A stretch of 38,985 bases of DNA from a virus (IMGVR_UViG_3300014202_001569:90218-129202), one strand, 5' to 3'. Positions 16,978 through 26,009 are shown, counted from the first letter of the stretch. A program made the numbers and translations. Notes: generated from the sequence alone by a model not told the origin.

Positions 16978-16993
16978 TGGTACAATTGCAATT
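16978..16993 (-). repeat. 16-bp junction motif, copy 9
   Basis: Exact copy; supplies the TAA stop at 16992. Confidence 0.95.
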
Positions 16994-17387
16994 ACTTGAT
17001 GATTTCTTCGTCAAAGATGGTCAGGATTTGTTCTTTTAGCCTAACAAACCTGCACGACGCCTGCCGTGTATGTCGCATCCCCGATGATCGGCTTACACCA
17101 TAGGTCTTGCTGGGTCGATAGAACATAATGCGACTCTTATCAACATACTTCAAGCCGCAATGGGTCGGTGCCTTGCTGGAATAGATGAAGTAATCCAATT
17201 CCTTGTCTTCATCAAAATACTTCTGAGCAACCGTAGCACCCCTTAGTTTAGGATCAACCCGCCCACGAATGAATAGTTCCTTTAGGAACAATTTATTCAA
17301 TTCGCAGAGCAGAAACGTATCATTACTACCCAGCCAACCAACACGCACCGAATCAGGCAACGCCAACCTATCGACCAACGCGGTCAT
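16992..17387 (-). CDS. hypothetical phage protein
   Basis: ATGA overlap at 17384-17387 (MTALV). Confidence 0.55.
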   Translation of the reverse strand: MTALVDRLALPDSVRVGWLGSNDTFLLCELNKLFLKELFIRGRVDPKLRGATVAQKYFDEDKELDYFIYSSKAPTHCGLKYVDKSRIMFYRPSKTYGVSRSSGMRHTRQASCRFVRLKEQILTIFDEEIIK

Positions 17388-17767
17388 TTTTTTACCTTCT
17401 TCCATTGTTTTACCCATTCCAAGATTTCACTTTGTTTTATAGCCTTGCGGCCTAGCTCACCCATTCGTTGTCGAATAGGTAGCTCATACATCGCAATGGC
17501 AAGCCAACGGTAGCCAGTAGCTGGACTAATTTTATACTTTTTGCAATATTCCGTCATTTGTTTTCTTGACGGTGGTTTATTGTTGTTTTCAAGCTTATAA
17601 GTGTCGCGTACATCAATTATCGCACACCCCCATCTGACCCAACAATCAAAATCTCCCCTTCCTACAATATGATATTCCTCAGCGGCTTTCTCGAAATTAA
17701 ACAGAGCCTCTTTTATTGAAGGAACGGCCCGCAACGAAGCACGAAATATAGCAGAACTATCAAACAT
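17384..17767 (-). CDS. helix-turn-helix DNA-binding protein
   Basis: MTEYCKKYKISPATGYRWL is HTH-like. Confidence 0.55.
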   Translation of the reverse strand: MFDSSAIFRASLRAVPSIKEALFNFEKAAEEYHIVGRGDFDCWVRWGCAIIDVRDTYKLENNNKPPSRKQMTEYCKKYKISPATGYRWLAIAMYELPIRQRMGELGRKAIKQSEILEWVKQWKKVKK

Positions 17768-18127
17768 TTACTTAATCTCAATGTTGGTTTTAATCATCTT
17801 GAACTCACGGCCACTATCAATGTTTGATGGAGAAGTGACCACAACATATTCGCTCTTATCCGTATAAAGGATTAAGGCTGGAAAATAACTCATACTCCCT
17901 TTCCTTACTTGTATGTCTTGGGCAATACCTGAATCGACAATGGCAGACAATACATGTTGTCCACCAACTAGATTGTCAGTATCATCAACGTCGATGAATG
18001 TTACAGCGGGATCAAATTTGCCCGCTCGCATTGCACATGCAAGTTCATGCGCCCGTCCAGCGGACAGAGGGCGAGCGCACTTATTGCGACTCAGATAATA
18101 CAGGGCAAGTGATTTTGTAAAGTTCAT
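17768..18127 (-). CDS. degenerate ParB/DGQHR-like domain protein
   Basis: RPLS...AMRAGKF...IDVD..DNLVGGQHVLSAIVDSG. Confidence 0.45.
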   Translation of the reverse strand: MNFTKSLALYYLSRNKCARPLSAGRAHELACAMRAGKFDPAVTFIDVDDTDNLVGGQHVLSAIVDSGIAQDIQVRKGSMSYFPALILYTDKSEYVVVTSPSNIDSGREFKMIKTNIEIK

Positions 18128-18274
18128 TAAAACATTGAATCCATAATGTTGCCGCGTCGAATACTCATAAGTTTGCGGGCAATGCGTTCAACTTCTACTT
18201 CATCCATAACACCACGCAATCGCCCGCAAGCCGCACCGATGGACAATTCACGCACGTCTGGACTCATGGTATTA

Positions 18275-18577
18275 TCAAGCAGAGCCTGGAACAGTGCCAT
18301 TAGAACGAGCCAACGCTTCTTGGATGATACGTCTTCGGTCGGTGTTGAATGGGGAGCAACATCCTGCACCGAATGCTGGAGAGAACTCCCAGCCAGGGGA
18401 ATCAACGATTTGTTCGTAGATTCCGCATTCGTATTGCCCATTTTTATCCTTTACAAGATGTTTACATTGATGTGCTAATTCATCCCAGGTGCCAAACCCA
18501 CATGGAGCTTGCTTACAACAGAACCCGCTCCGCACGCATTGTCTAGCCCCTGGATAAAGCGGTAGTGGTTGTTTCAT
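18275..18577 (-). CDS. CxxxxxCC zinc/Fe-S cluster protein (YkgJ-like)
   Basis: CVRSGFCCKQAPC...CKHL...CGIYE...GAGCC. Confidence 0.6.
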   Translation of the reverse strand: MKQPLPLYPGARQCVRSGFCCKQAPCGFGTWDELAHQCKHLVKDKNGQYECGIYEQIVDSPGWEFSPAFGAGCCSPFNTDRRRIIQEALARSNGTVPGSA

Positions 18578-18670
18578 TCCAAAACTCAGGATGATACTTT
18601 CTTGACCATTTATGGGCGCGTTTAAGTTGCTTCTTAAATCGGCTCATTCTCCGCTTCGGCTTAACCTTTT

Positions 18671-19045
18671 TCATGTTCCCCATGATCTATAAGCATTCTG
18701 TAAAGCCATTCTAATGTTCTGCGCACCTACAGGATTCTGACTATGGACCCTACAGCGAATACTAGGAAGCGTGCCATCATGGGCATGTTCCTCTATCCAC
18801 TTCGCAACATCGTAGCCAGTTTCAACCTGATTACCCAGGTCATGATCCAATGAACACTCAATCACTTCTCCTGTTTGGAGAAGTTCAATGGCTTGTCGGG
18901 CGGTCTTGGCCCAATGCGTATAATGCGCTGGCATTTCACGCACGTCATCCAACCATAGGATAATGCCTTTAGGTTTAATACGATCCTCATACGGCGACCT
19001 AATGCAGTTGTCCCACGGTTTGCCATCAATCTTGAAGTCACTCAT
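18671..19045 (-). CDS. cyclic-phosphate-processing receiver domain protein
   Basis: LWLDDVR, SLDHDLG, TGYDVAKWI and VHSQNPVG motifs. Confidence 0.75.
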   Translation of the reverse strand: MSDFKIDGKPWDNCIRSPYEDRIKPKGIILWLDDVREMPAHYTHWAKTARQAIELLQTGEVIECSLDHDLGNQVETGYDVAKWIEEHAHDGTLPSIRCRVHSQNPVGAQNIRMALQNAYRSWGT

Positions 19046-19382
19046 GTTTGGTACAATTGGAATTACAGACTAGGTGTTCCAACAGCAATGCCAACGCATC
19101 AGGGGCGGCATTTGCAATGTCTGGCCGATCCTTGGCAAACAGGTCCATAAACATTTTATAGAAAACCAGAAGGCTTGTAACGATGCCTTCCCCCATCAAT
19201 TCACGGAGAATAGCTACCCGCTGGTTGTTGTCGATGCTCATGTACTCGGAGCAATAGGGGTCGAAAATGTCCCTAAACGCAACCATTGAGCTACGCTTGA
19301 CGGGATGATTAACGTCATAATTGAGACACTTCATCCGAATGGTGTTCAGCATTTCTTGATGAAATTCACTCATATCAGGCAT
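19038..19382 (-). CDS. hypothetical phage protein
   Basis: AGGAG RBS; C-terminus (NSNCTKHE) reads through motif copy 10. Confidence 0.6.
   Translation of the reverse strand: MPDMSEFHQEMLNTIRMKCLNYDVNHPVKRSSMVAFRDIFDPYCSEYMSIDNNQRVAILRELMGEGIVTSLLVFYKMFMDLFAKDRPDIANAAPDALALLLEHLVCNSNCTKHE
19049..19064 (-). repeat. 16-bp junction motif, copy 10 (C>G variant)
   Basis: + strand TGGTACAATTGGAATT. Confidence 0.9.
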
Positions 19383-20077
19383 ATTAACTCCTAAAGTATA
19401 GCCAGATTGCTATGCCGACAGCGATTAGGACTAGCAACTTAAAACACCCACAGCCGCTCCGTCTCGCCGTAGGTACTAACGGCTTAACGGGCGGCGGTGG
19501 GGCCATAGTCGCGGTATATTTTGTCGGTGGATCATTACGGTCTAGTTCAGGTTGCGTATCCACCTATTGTCTCCAAAGGTCCGCATGGGTATCCAAGTCA
19601 TTAAAAGCTGATTTACAATCCTGTCCTACAGCTTTAATGGCTTCCTTGAACACGTCAGGTTTGTTCTTGTTAATCCAGAAAATGAAATCAGAGATACAAA
19701 GCAAAGAGTTTCGCTTGATGCCTTCTCCATTTTCAGGGATTAGTGGACTCAATCTGTTTGGCATCTTCGACAACCCCTGGATTCTCTCCATTCATTACCA
19801 GCAACGTCACGATTAAATGCAGTGCGAATGGGAAGTCTTCATGTTCTTTATTACGGATAAAAAGATTCCTTTTCAGCCAATGCAGATTAGGAGTCGTTAA
19901 TTCCTTGCGGCCTTCTGGTACGTCCATCTTATCCAGACTCATTCGCAGGTTTTTTTCGATGGCTTTCATTTTTGATTCTCGCGTTACATTTTCCACAACG
20001 AAGGCATTGAAGACGGACGCAGTTTCCATACACTTCAACCACCTCGTATTTATGTCCAAAAATACGGCAGAGTATTT

Positions 20078-20311
20078 TCATTTCTTTGCATAGTCGATGA
20101 TGTTAAGGACCAGTGCCGTCACCAACAGCACACTGAATCCAAGGTTAAGAACCGCCGCAAATAGGAGAGCATAGATACCCTGAAAGAAACCTTTATCGGT
20201 ATCCAAACTCATGACGCGGTTCATGCGAGAGACTTGGTTGTAACCACCATAGAGCATGGTTACAACCGCGCCAATCAGCCAGAGCCACCAGAGATTAGCA
20301 ATGCTATCCAT
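20078..20311 (-). CDS. small two-TM membrane protein
   Basis: Two hydrophobic helices; TAATG coupling. Confidence 0.6.
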   Translation of the reverse strand: MDSIANLWWLWLIGAVVTMLYGGYNQVSRMNRVMSLDTDKGFFQGIYALLFAAVLNLGFSVLLVTALVLNIIDYAKK

Positions 20312-20748
20312 TACTTCTTGCCTTTCTTGGCCTTAGCCTTGACCTTAGCGACAGGCTTCTTAGCCTTAGCCTTGACCTTTGGCTTGACCTTCACCACCGT
20401 CTTCTTAGCGACGGGCTTCCTGTTATTCTTGAGAACCACCACCTTGACCTTGCTCTTGAGCTTCGTCTTCTTAGCCTTAACAGCCTTAACAGCCTTAACA
20501 GCCTTAGCCTTTGGTACGGCCAGCGGCAGGACCGTCATTGACTGCGGCACTTCTTCTTCGACACGCAGCCCAGCGGCTTCGTTAGCTTCATCAAGGCTCA
20601 TATTGTGGGCAAAAACAACCTTATTGTTGTTGACAATATAACCCTGATTAGTTGGGAACATAAGTGTCAGAATTTGGGCAGCTTTGTCCACGTCTACTGA
20701 CGTGCAGGTTCGCTTGCGGTCCCCGTTAAGAATGAAAAAATTAATCAT
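20311..20748 (-). CDS. histone H1-like Lys/Ala/Val-rich basic protein
   Basis: C-terminal half is KAVKAVKAVKA...KKPVAK repeats; 9-bp tandem DNA repeat near 20474-20505. Confidence 0.65.
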   Translation of the reverse strand: MINFFILNGDRKRTCTSVDVDKAAQILTLMFPTNQGYIVNNNKVVFAHNMSLDEANEAAGLRVEEEVPQSMTVLPLAVPKAKAVKAVKAVKAKKTKLKSKVKVVVLKNNRKPVAKKTVVKVKPKVKAKAKKPVAKVKAKAKKGKK

Positions 20749-20962
20749 CTTTTTGCTCCATGTTGTTTGCCAGTTCGTTCAATTTAGTTTGCACTTCCGC
20801 AAGATCGTCGCTCACTAGAGCGATTTTCCAGCGGGCCTTGCCCCGATCCCTGATTTGCTTTTTGTCTGGCTCATAAATCAATTGAAGTCTGCGCTTTTTG
20901 GTAAAAAGCACGAACTTCGGATGTTGCGCCAGCAACTCAATGTAGTCATGCGGCTTAGCCAT
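20741..20962 (-). CDS. hypothetical phage protein
   Basis: GGAG RBS. Confidence 0.55.
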   Translation of the reverse strand: MAKPHDYIELLAQHPKFVLFTKKRRLQLIYEPDKKQIRDRGKARWKIALVSDDLAEVQTKLNELANNMEQKDD

Positions 20963-20974
20963 CGTGAAACTCCG

Positions 20975-21493
20975 TTAGTCGATTTCATCGTAAAATTCAC
21001 CAACGTTGATAGCCTTATGTTCGTATGACCCGTCCTTAAAGGATGCCATTTCAATCTTGCCATCCTTGATTACGTCTACGAACACCCAACAATTTCGTGG
21101 GCAAAAGCAACGGACATATAAGTATCCGTCTTTCTCCATCGCCCAAACAGGGATATTAAACCTGTCATAGTCAGGGCGATTATCGGTTTCAAAAAGTCGC
21201 AAGTAAGGATAGACCTTCTCAAAGTCCATTCTACCCGACCGATTGAACCCTTTTTCCAAGCCAAGACAAATGCGGCCCACCCCGCCCATAAAGGTAGATG
21301 GACGCCAGTTTTCGCAGGCAAACCAAGTATGGTTGATACCACTCTTCGCAGTATCTTGAGTGACGTTCAGCTTATACTGAGGACACTCTTGAGGGTCCGT
21401 GCCGTGGATGCAGCCTGGACATTGGAAGTTGTCAACCATTTCTAGCTGAATCTTGTTACCTTGAATGGTACAATTGGAATTAGCGTCCATCAC
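20975..21493 (-). CDS. Cys-containing hypothetical phage protein
   Basis: 172-aa ORF with CPGC; start uncertain (N-terminus may include motif copy 11). Confidence 0.6.
   Translation of the reverse strand: MMDANSNCTIQGNKIQLEMVDNFQCPGCIHGTDPQECPQYKLNVTQDTAKSGINHTWFACENWRPSTFMGGVGRICLGLEKGFNRSGRMDFEKVYPYLRLFETDNRPDYDRFNIPVWAMEKDGYLYVRCFCPRNCWVFVDVIKDGKIEMASFKDGSYEHKAINVGEFYDEID
21466..21481 (-). repeat. 16-bp junction motif, copy 11 (C>G variant)
   Basis: 8 nt after the TGA at 21490. Confidence 0.9.
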
Positions 21494-21892
21494 TCAGCCT
21501 CGATTGTTTCAACGGCGTCCAGAGAAGGTTTGAGAGTAAAAAAGAACCGCTTCATACCGTTGGCATTCAAGCGGGAGATACAGAGCGACTTATCATCCCG
21601 CGACACCCGCAAGTTCGGGTCATCGCACAACGATTCGAGCAAGTAAGCCATCAATTCTTCTTCGCGTCCCTTGATTTCTTCTGGTGGAACGTCGAAGTTA
21701 GAATTAATCGGTGATTGCGTGAAGGCAATCTCAGCAGGAACATCCTTCAAAGGCGTAGGAAAATCCCTGTTGATAAATGAAACCACCCGCTGGCCCGCCA
21801 CCTCCATTACATGAACGATAGGCTTATGCCCATCAACTCCAGGCTTATTCCAGGTGTAATAGCCATTCGGCACCGTTTCCTTGTTATGCTGC
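21490..21892 (-). CDS. hypothetical phage protein
   Basis: AAGGAGG RBS before the ATG near 21892-21894 (MQHNK); the ORF track starts at 21933. Confidence 0.5.
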
Positions 21893-21937
21893 ATTGCCGC
21901 CTCCTTGAATATTATCTTACTACGGTTTTTCACTTTG

Positions 21938-22453
21938 TCAAAAACTGAGTTCTACAACTTGGGTAGTATGCGGCTTGAAAACCACGACAAATTCCTTCTT
22001 AATCGAAGGGTTATCGCCATTCTCAATATAAACTGGACACTTGAACGTGTCGCCACTGTTTTCCCATGCTCCCGTATCCTTGACTACATCAGGCTCAAAG
22101 TCATATTCCCCAAACAGCCGATCAGCCACGCCCAAACGCTTAGTATAGAAAAGCGTCTCAGCATTAAGCAGCTTGCAGTTGTCGGATGGAATATACCATA
22201 GCCCATCAACCTTGCCACGTCGATCATGGAAGAAACTATTAGGGCCAACGGCGTCAGCATGTTCCTTAAACAAATCAGGCCGCTGCTTCCCCCACTCATC
22301 GCCGCTCTTAGTTTCTCCTGGCTCAGCATCATGGTCAAACTCTTGCTGTCCATCTTCAAGATGGATGAATTGAGCTAGACCTTCCTCAAGGGGATAGTTT
22401 TCATCTACGAAGTGATCGCAATGCTTGCACAAACTGTATTGAGTATTATCCAT
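21938..22453 (-). CDS. hypothetical phage protein
   Basis: AGGAGG RBS; CKHC motif. Confidence 0.6.
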   Translation of the reverse strand: MDNTQYSLCKHCDHFVDENYPLEEGLAQFIHLEDGQQEFDHDAEPGETKSGDEWGKQRPDLFKEHADAVGPNSFFHDRRGKVDGLWYIPSDNCKLLNAETLFYTKRLGVADRLFGEYDFEPDVVKDTGAWENSGDTFKCPVYIENGDNPSIKKEFVVVFKPHTTQVVELSF

Positions 22454-22652
22454 TAGTACCTCCTACCCTGTTTGGTACAATTGCAATTGGCCACTCAAAC
22501 CCCATCGCCCGAAGCTCAACACGCGCTTCAGGACAATCGTTAATAAATTCGGTCAGTGCCTTGATAGTGGCAATAGGCGGGTCATAACCATGAGTTAAAA
22601 CCAGCCTATTGCCAAGGTCCATCAAAACCTTTTTCAGATTCGTTTCAGGCAT
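22446..22652 (-). CDS. hypothetical phage protein
   Basis: C-terminus reads through motif copy 12. Confidence 0.55.
   Translation of the reverse strand: MPETNLKKVLMDLGNRLVLTHGYDPPIATIKALTEFINDCPEARVELRAMGFEWPIAIVPNRVGGTNG
22473..22488 (-). repeat. 16-bp junction motif, copy 12
   Basis: Exact copy. Confidence 0.95.
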
Positions 22653-23031
22653 TCGGATACTTCTCCCTCAGCAATTTCAACTGTGCAATCTCACGGTCCT
22701 TGGACTTTTCAACTTCCTCCGCGTATGCAGCTAGTTCACCTTCATCCATCGGGCGCTCACCAACGACGTGCAATTGCTTAGTATCATCGTAGGTTTCCCG
22801 CCAATCCAAACGCAGTTTAGTAAACTTGACGGTTTTCTTATTAACGCCATCAAGATACTTGGAATACTTGCCGAGGTTAATTTCTTGTGGTTCTTCAAGA
22901 TACTTCTTATAATTGCCGTATTCAGCCATAAAGCGATTCAGGACTTCTCCAAAATCACCTTCAAAGTCATAGGTGTCCATAGTGCCCAATGACTGGCTTG
23001 CCGTCTTGTTCCCGTAATTGTAGTTAATCAT
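22645..23031 (-). CDS. hypothetical phage protein
   Basis: GGAG RBS; overlap coupling. Confidence 0.6.
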   Translation of the reverse strand: MINYNYGNKTASQSLGTMDTYDFEGDFGEVLNRFMAEYGNYKKYLEEPQEINLGKYSKYLDGVNKKTVKFTKLRLDWRETYDDTKQLHVVGERPMDEGELAAYAEEVEKSKDREIAQLKLLREKYPNA

Positions 23032-23404
23032 AGTCAGGCTCCATTGCTTGTTCGGCAGCTTTGCTACAAATACGGTTAAAATAGCCTTCTAGCTTAACGC
23101 TATCATTAACCATCTTGTCAAATTTAGCCGTAAGTTCCTTGGACTGTTCAGGAGTCAGCTTCTCTAAATCCTGAGTGATATTGCCATCTTCATCGTATTG
23201 ACGATAGCCAACCACTTTGAAGATGATTTCTTCACAGCCGCCACCATCTTCTGGCTCACTGTAGTATGGGTCCGCAGTAAGTACGGCTGGGGTATAAGGA
23301 ACGTATTCGTATTCGATTTCCAAATCGAATGATTCGCCTTCCTCTGTATCATACTCCCACTTCATCTGGCCTTTCATGTAGCTCCCTTCTGAAATCATCT
23401 GCAA
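23024..23404 (-). CDS. hypothetical acidic phage protein
   Basis: Start probably at MKGQ (GGGAG RBS). Confidence 0.55.
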   Translation of the reverse strand: MQMISEGSYMKGQMKWEYDTEEGESFDLEIEYEYVPYTPAVLTADPYYSEPEDGGGCEEIIFKVVGYRQYDEDGNITQDLEKLTPEQSKELTAKFDKMVNDSVKLEGYFNRICSKAAEQAMEPDYD

Positions 23405-23762
23405 TGAGGGCTAAAGCCTTCTCTAAATCGTCCTTTTCACGCCAGATTTGACGTGCCATGTAATTGAAGGCAGATTTAGCGTAGGTGACGCCACGCTTCT
23501 CACCCTTAACTTGGCAGGCTTCAATCCACTTAGAAATCTCAAAGCCTTCTGGCATGACAGGGATTAAATCTACTTTACCCTTCTCGCCAGCACCAGTGCC
23601 AGGGGTGCATACAATCATTAGCTCACCACGATTAACAATAACCGTGGGTTCTGGCGTCTCTTCCTTCTTCTTGATTGTAAATTCAGCACCGCAATCGCAT
23701 TTTGCCGTGCGTAGGGCGACTTCTTTACCACAGGATTTACAAGTCTTCTTGCCTTTTGCCAT
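23349..23762 (-). CDS. N-terminal zinc-ribbon protein
   Basis: MAKGKKTCKSCG...CDCG; TAATG coupling at 23762. Confidence 0.6.
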   Translation of the reverse strand: MAKGKKTCKSCGKEVALRTAKCDCGAEFTIKKKEETPEPTVIVNRGELMIVCTPGTGAGEKGKVDLIPVMPEGFEISKWIEACQVKGEKRGVTYAKSAFNYMARQIWREKDDLEKALALIADDFRRELHERPDEVGV

Positions 23763-24037
23763 TACAGGTTTTCCGCCATGTTTTTTAGAAGCCAAATTAA
23801 CTCAGTAGCCTTATTGGTCCAAAGAAGATGCAATTGCTGCTTCTTATCAGGATCAAATTCATTGAGATAATCGTCATATTTACGACGAAGTAACTCAACG
23901 CATTGCTTTAGCTTCGCCCCAATCGCTTCTGCTTGCGGACCAGCTAATGGCAACATTCGTTCCGTGAAGAGATTGACTCGCTCCACGATCTTGTCAAATT
24001 CGTTATTGGCGGCAAAACTGGCTTCTGGATCATACAT
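23762..24037 (-). CDS. hypothetical phage protein
   Basis: ATG 4 nt after motif copy 13. Confidence 0.55.
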   Translation of the reverse strand: MYDPEASFAANNEFDKIVERVNLFTERMLPLAGPQAEAIGAKLKQCVELLRRKYDDYLNEFDPDKKQQLHLLWTNKATELIWLLKNMAENL

Positions 24038-24041
24038 GGTT

Positions 24042-24057
24042 TGGTACAATTGCAATT
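24042..24057 (-). repeat. 16-bp junction motif, copy 13
   Basis: Exact copy; supplies the TAA stop of the 24056..24271 frame. Confidence 0.95.
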
Positions 24058-24271
24058 AGGGTTTCCTGAAACAAAACGAGAGATTGGTGACGTAATCTCT
24101 CACCATAAAATCAACCTGTTCGGCAACACGTCCAGGTGAGTGATTGCCGCCGCATTCTGCTGGCGTATGATGGTCTACAAGACAATTACATTCCTCGCAC
24201 CGAGGACATACTAACTCGACCGCTCAGCCAAACCAGATGTAACTACATTTCCAACATCGGTATTCAAACAT
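24056..24271 (-). pseudogene. FmdB-like zinc-ribbon gene with an in-frame TGA
   Basis: MFEYRCWKCSYIWFG*AVELVCPRCEEC...; TGA at 24224-24226 lies between the two CxxC pairs. Confidence 0.55.
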
Positions 24272-24591
24272 ATTGGATTAGTCTTGTAAAGGAACTCAGT
24301 TAGCTCAGGGTCTAACGATTCCAGCCACTCAATCTGGTTGTCACTCAACTTATAAGAACCATAACGATTCTTGCCCTTGATGACTTCCAATTCGCCTTCA
24401 CCGCAAGCGCACCAATAGGTAGCACTTGCTTCCATGCCCCGATGATTCAGATACACCATCGCTGGCGTATCAGCACCAGGGTCATTAGGAACAACACGCT
24501 TACGGTCTAATACGACACGCAGACCACGGTATTCCCAAATAAGGAATTGATCGTCCTTTTGAACAACCTTACTGCGGGTAAATTTCGGCAT
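24211..24591 (-). CDS. hypothetical phage protein
   Basis: 126-aa ORF. Confidence 0.6.
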   Translation of the reverse strand: MPKFTRSKVVQKDDQFLIWEYRGLRVVLDRKRVVPNDPGADTPAMVYLNHRGMEASATYWCACGEGELEVIKGKNRYGSYKLSDNQIEWLESLDPELTEFLYKTNPICLNTDVGNVVTSGLAERSS

Positions 24592-24919
24592 AGTAACGTG
24601 ATCCCCTGAAACTATTCCAAACCTTGTCCAAATACTCTACAATGGCCTGGAATGCTTCCCTGGATGTTATCCCCTTGAGATTGATTTCGTAATCACCCGT
24701 ATGCAAAGTGTATTCGGTGATTGCATCTGTTGCGTCAAGCAATTGACTACGAGCATTGCGAATCAATTGCTCAGTTTCTTTCGCAGTTAAATCCCACCGT
24801 TTATTAAGCGAATCCCCCGCCGCTGTTAGCTCGAACAGCTTACTTTCGGGATTAAGAATCAGCTTGAATTGAATCTGAACCATTTCTGGTGGCCCCTTAT
24901 GCAACAAGAGCTTGTGCAT
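24569..24919 (-). CDS. hypothetical phage protein
   Basis: Start probably at MVQIQ (AGGGG RBS). Confidence 0.55.
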   Translation of the reverse strand: MHKLLLHKGPPEMVQIQFKLILNPESKLFELTAAGDSLNKRWDLTAKETEQLIRNARSQLLDATDAITEYTLHTGDYEINLKGITSREAFQAIVEYLDKVWNSFRGSRYYAEIYPQ

Positions 24920-25535
24920 AGCTCCAAATGGTTTTGGCGTCCATATCTTCGGGCAACATGCCCTTCATAGCTTTAAGATGCAATTTCAATTCTGGTTTAG
25001 ATAGTCTTGGCAACAGCTTGAAGGCGTCTGTCTGGTCCTTATCTCTACCAATAATGAATTTCATAATGGTAAGGACAACTGGATCAATGATTGGGAATGA
25101 GACGCCGCCGATAGTGCCTGTCTTAGCTGTCTGCAAGACATAGTGATTAAGAGCGGTATTACCTTCATTGGCGTCCAAGAAATCCGCGTCTAATTGCGGC
25201 ACGAAGATACCACCAAATTCACCAGTCGAAGCGAGTGGCTGGAATGGTATCTGATTCTTTTGCAGTACCGCCTTCACCGCATTGAGATTGGGTGTAAGGA
25301 AGTCAAAATCAGGAGTTAGTTTGCGGTCTTGGGTATAATGACTTACCGCAATACCACCGATAATAGCACCTGGAATGTTATTATCGTGGACAAATTGCAT
25401 GGCATTCTGTGTCTTGGCGATGGCATTAGGGTTCAAAACCGCCATTTCCTTGAAAAGAAATTGCGATTCAAACAGCGTAGCATCAGCCAGATTGACAGTA
25501 TCATTCGCCATACAATATTCCTTGAACTTCCTCAT
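24897..25535 (-). CDS. pol-beta-superfamily nucleotidyltransferase (DUF6036/AbiEii-like) with internal-protein-like leader
   Basis: IIGGIAV...RKLTPDFDFL and MKFIIGRDKDQTDA; N-terminus MRKFKEY; TAGATA 5 nt before the ATG. Confidence 0.75.
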   Translation of the reverse strand: MRKFKEYCMANDTVNLADATLFESQFLFKEMAVLNPNAIAKTQNAMQFVHDNNIPGAIIGGIAVSHYTQDRKLTPDFDFLTPNLNAVKAVLQKNQIPFQPLASTGEFGGIFVPQLDADFLDANEGNTALNHYVLQTAKTGTIGGVSFPIIDPVVLTIMKFIIGRDKDQTDAFKLLPRLSKPELKLHLKAMKGMLPEDMDAKTIWSYAQALVA

Positions 25536-25543
25536 GCTATTAT

Positions 25544-25831
25544 CTATGCTTCTAGTTTGACAACCCCGTAGATGTTTTTGAAAGGAATGAAGCCAGATGC
25601 ACCATTATACAGCTTGGGATTAGGTCCAGCATCCTTCCAACAAATCCATTGAATGCCGATCTTCCTGCCATGATACTTGCATAAGACTTGCTGGCAATAG
25701 CCATTAGCTTCCTGTTCCTGATGCTCCCAAGGCAGGACGGTATATGTCTTGCCTTCTATGGAAACAGTGGTTTCAAAGCCCTCTCTGAGCGTTTTGATGG
25801 CATCATAGACGGCTTGTGTTTCTTTGCTCAT
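25544..25831 (-). CDS. hypothetical phage protein
   Basis: ATG at 25831, 8 nt after motif copy 14. Confidence 0.55.
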   Translation of the reverse strand: MSKETQAVYDAIKTLREGFETTVSIEGKTYTVLPWEHQEQEANGYCQQVLCKYHGRKIGIQWICWKDAGPNPKLYNGASGFIPFKNIYGVVKLEA

Positions 25832-25839
25832 ACTAACTT

Positions 25840-25855
25840 TGGTACAATTGCAATT
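25840..25855 (-). repeat. 16-bp junction motif, copy 14
   Basis: Exact copy; supplies the TAA stop of 25854..26009. Confidence 0.95.
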
Positions 25856-26009
25856 AGTCGCGGTCATGTTCGTGGTAGGGAACATGATCGTAGTCTGAGT
25901 CATACTGACGCCGCGATTGCCGCTGATAAAGCTCTAATTGCTGACGGAGTTGCTTAATAGTCAGTTTTAGCTGTTCGTTCTCTTTTTTTAGTTTTTCTAG
26001 CTCATCCAT
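25854..26009 (-). CDS. small coiled-coil protein (51 aa, not in ORF track)
   Basis: MDELEKLKKENEQLKLTIKQLRQQLE...; TAATG coupling. Confidence 0.6.
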   Translation of the reverse strand: MDELEKLKKENEQLKLTIKQLRQQLELYQRQSRRQYDSDYDHVPYHEHDRD

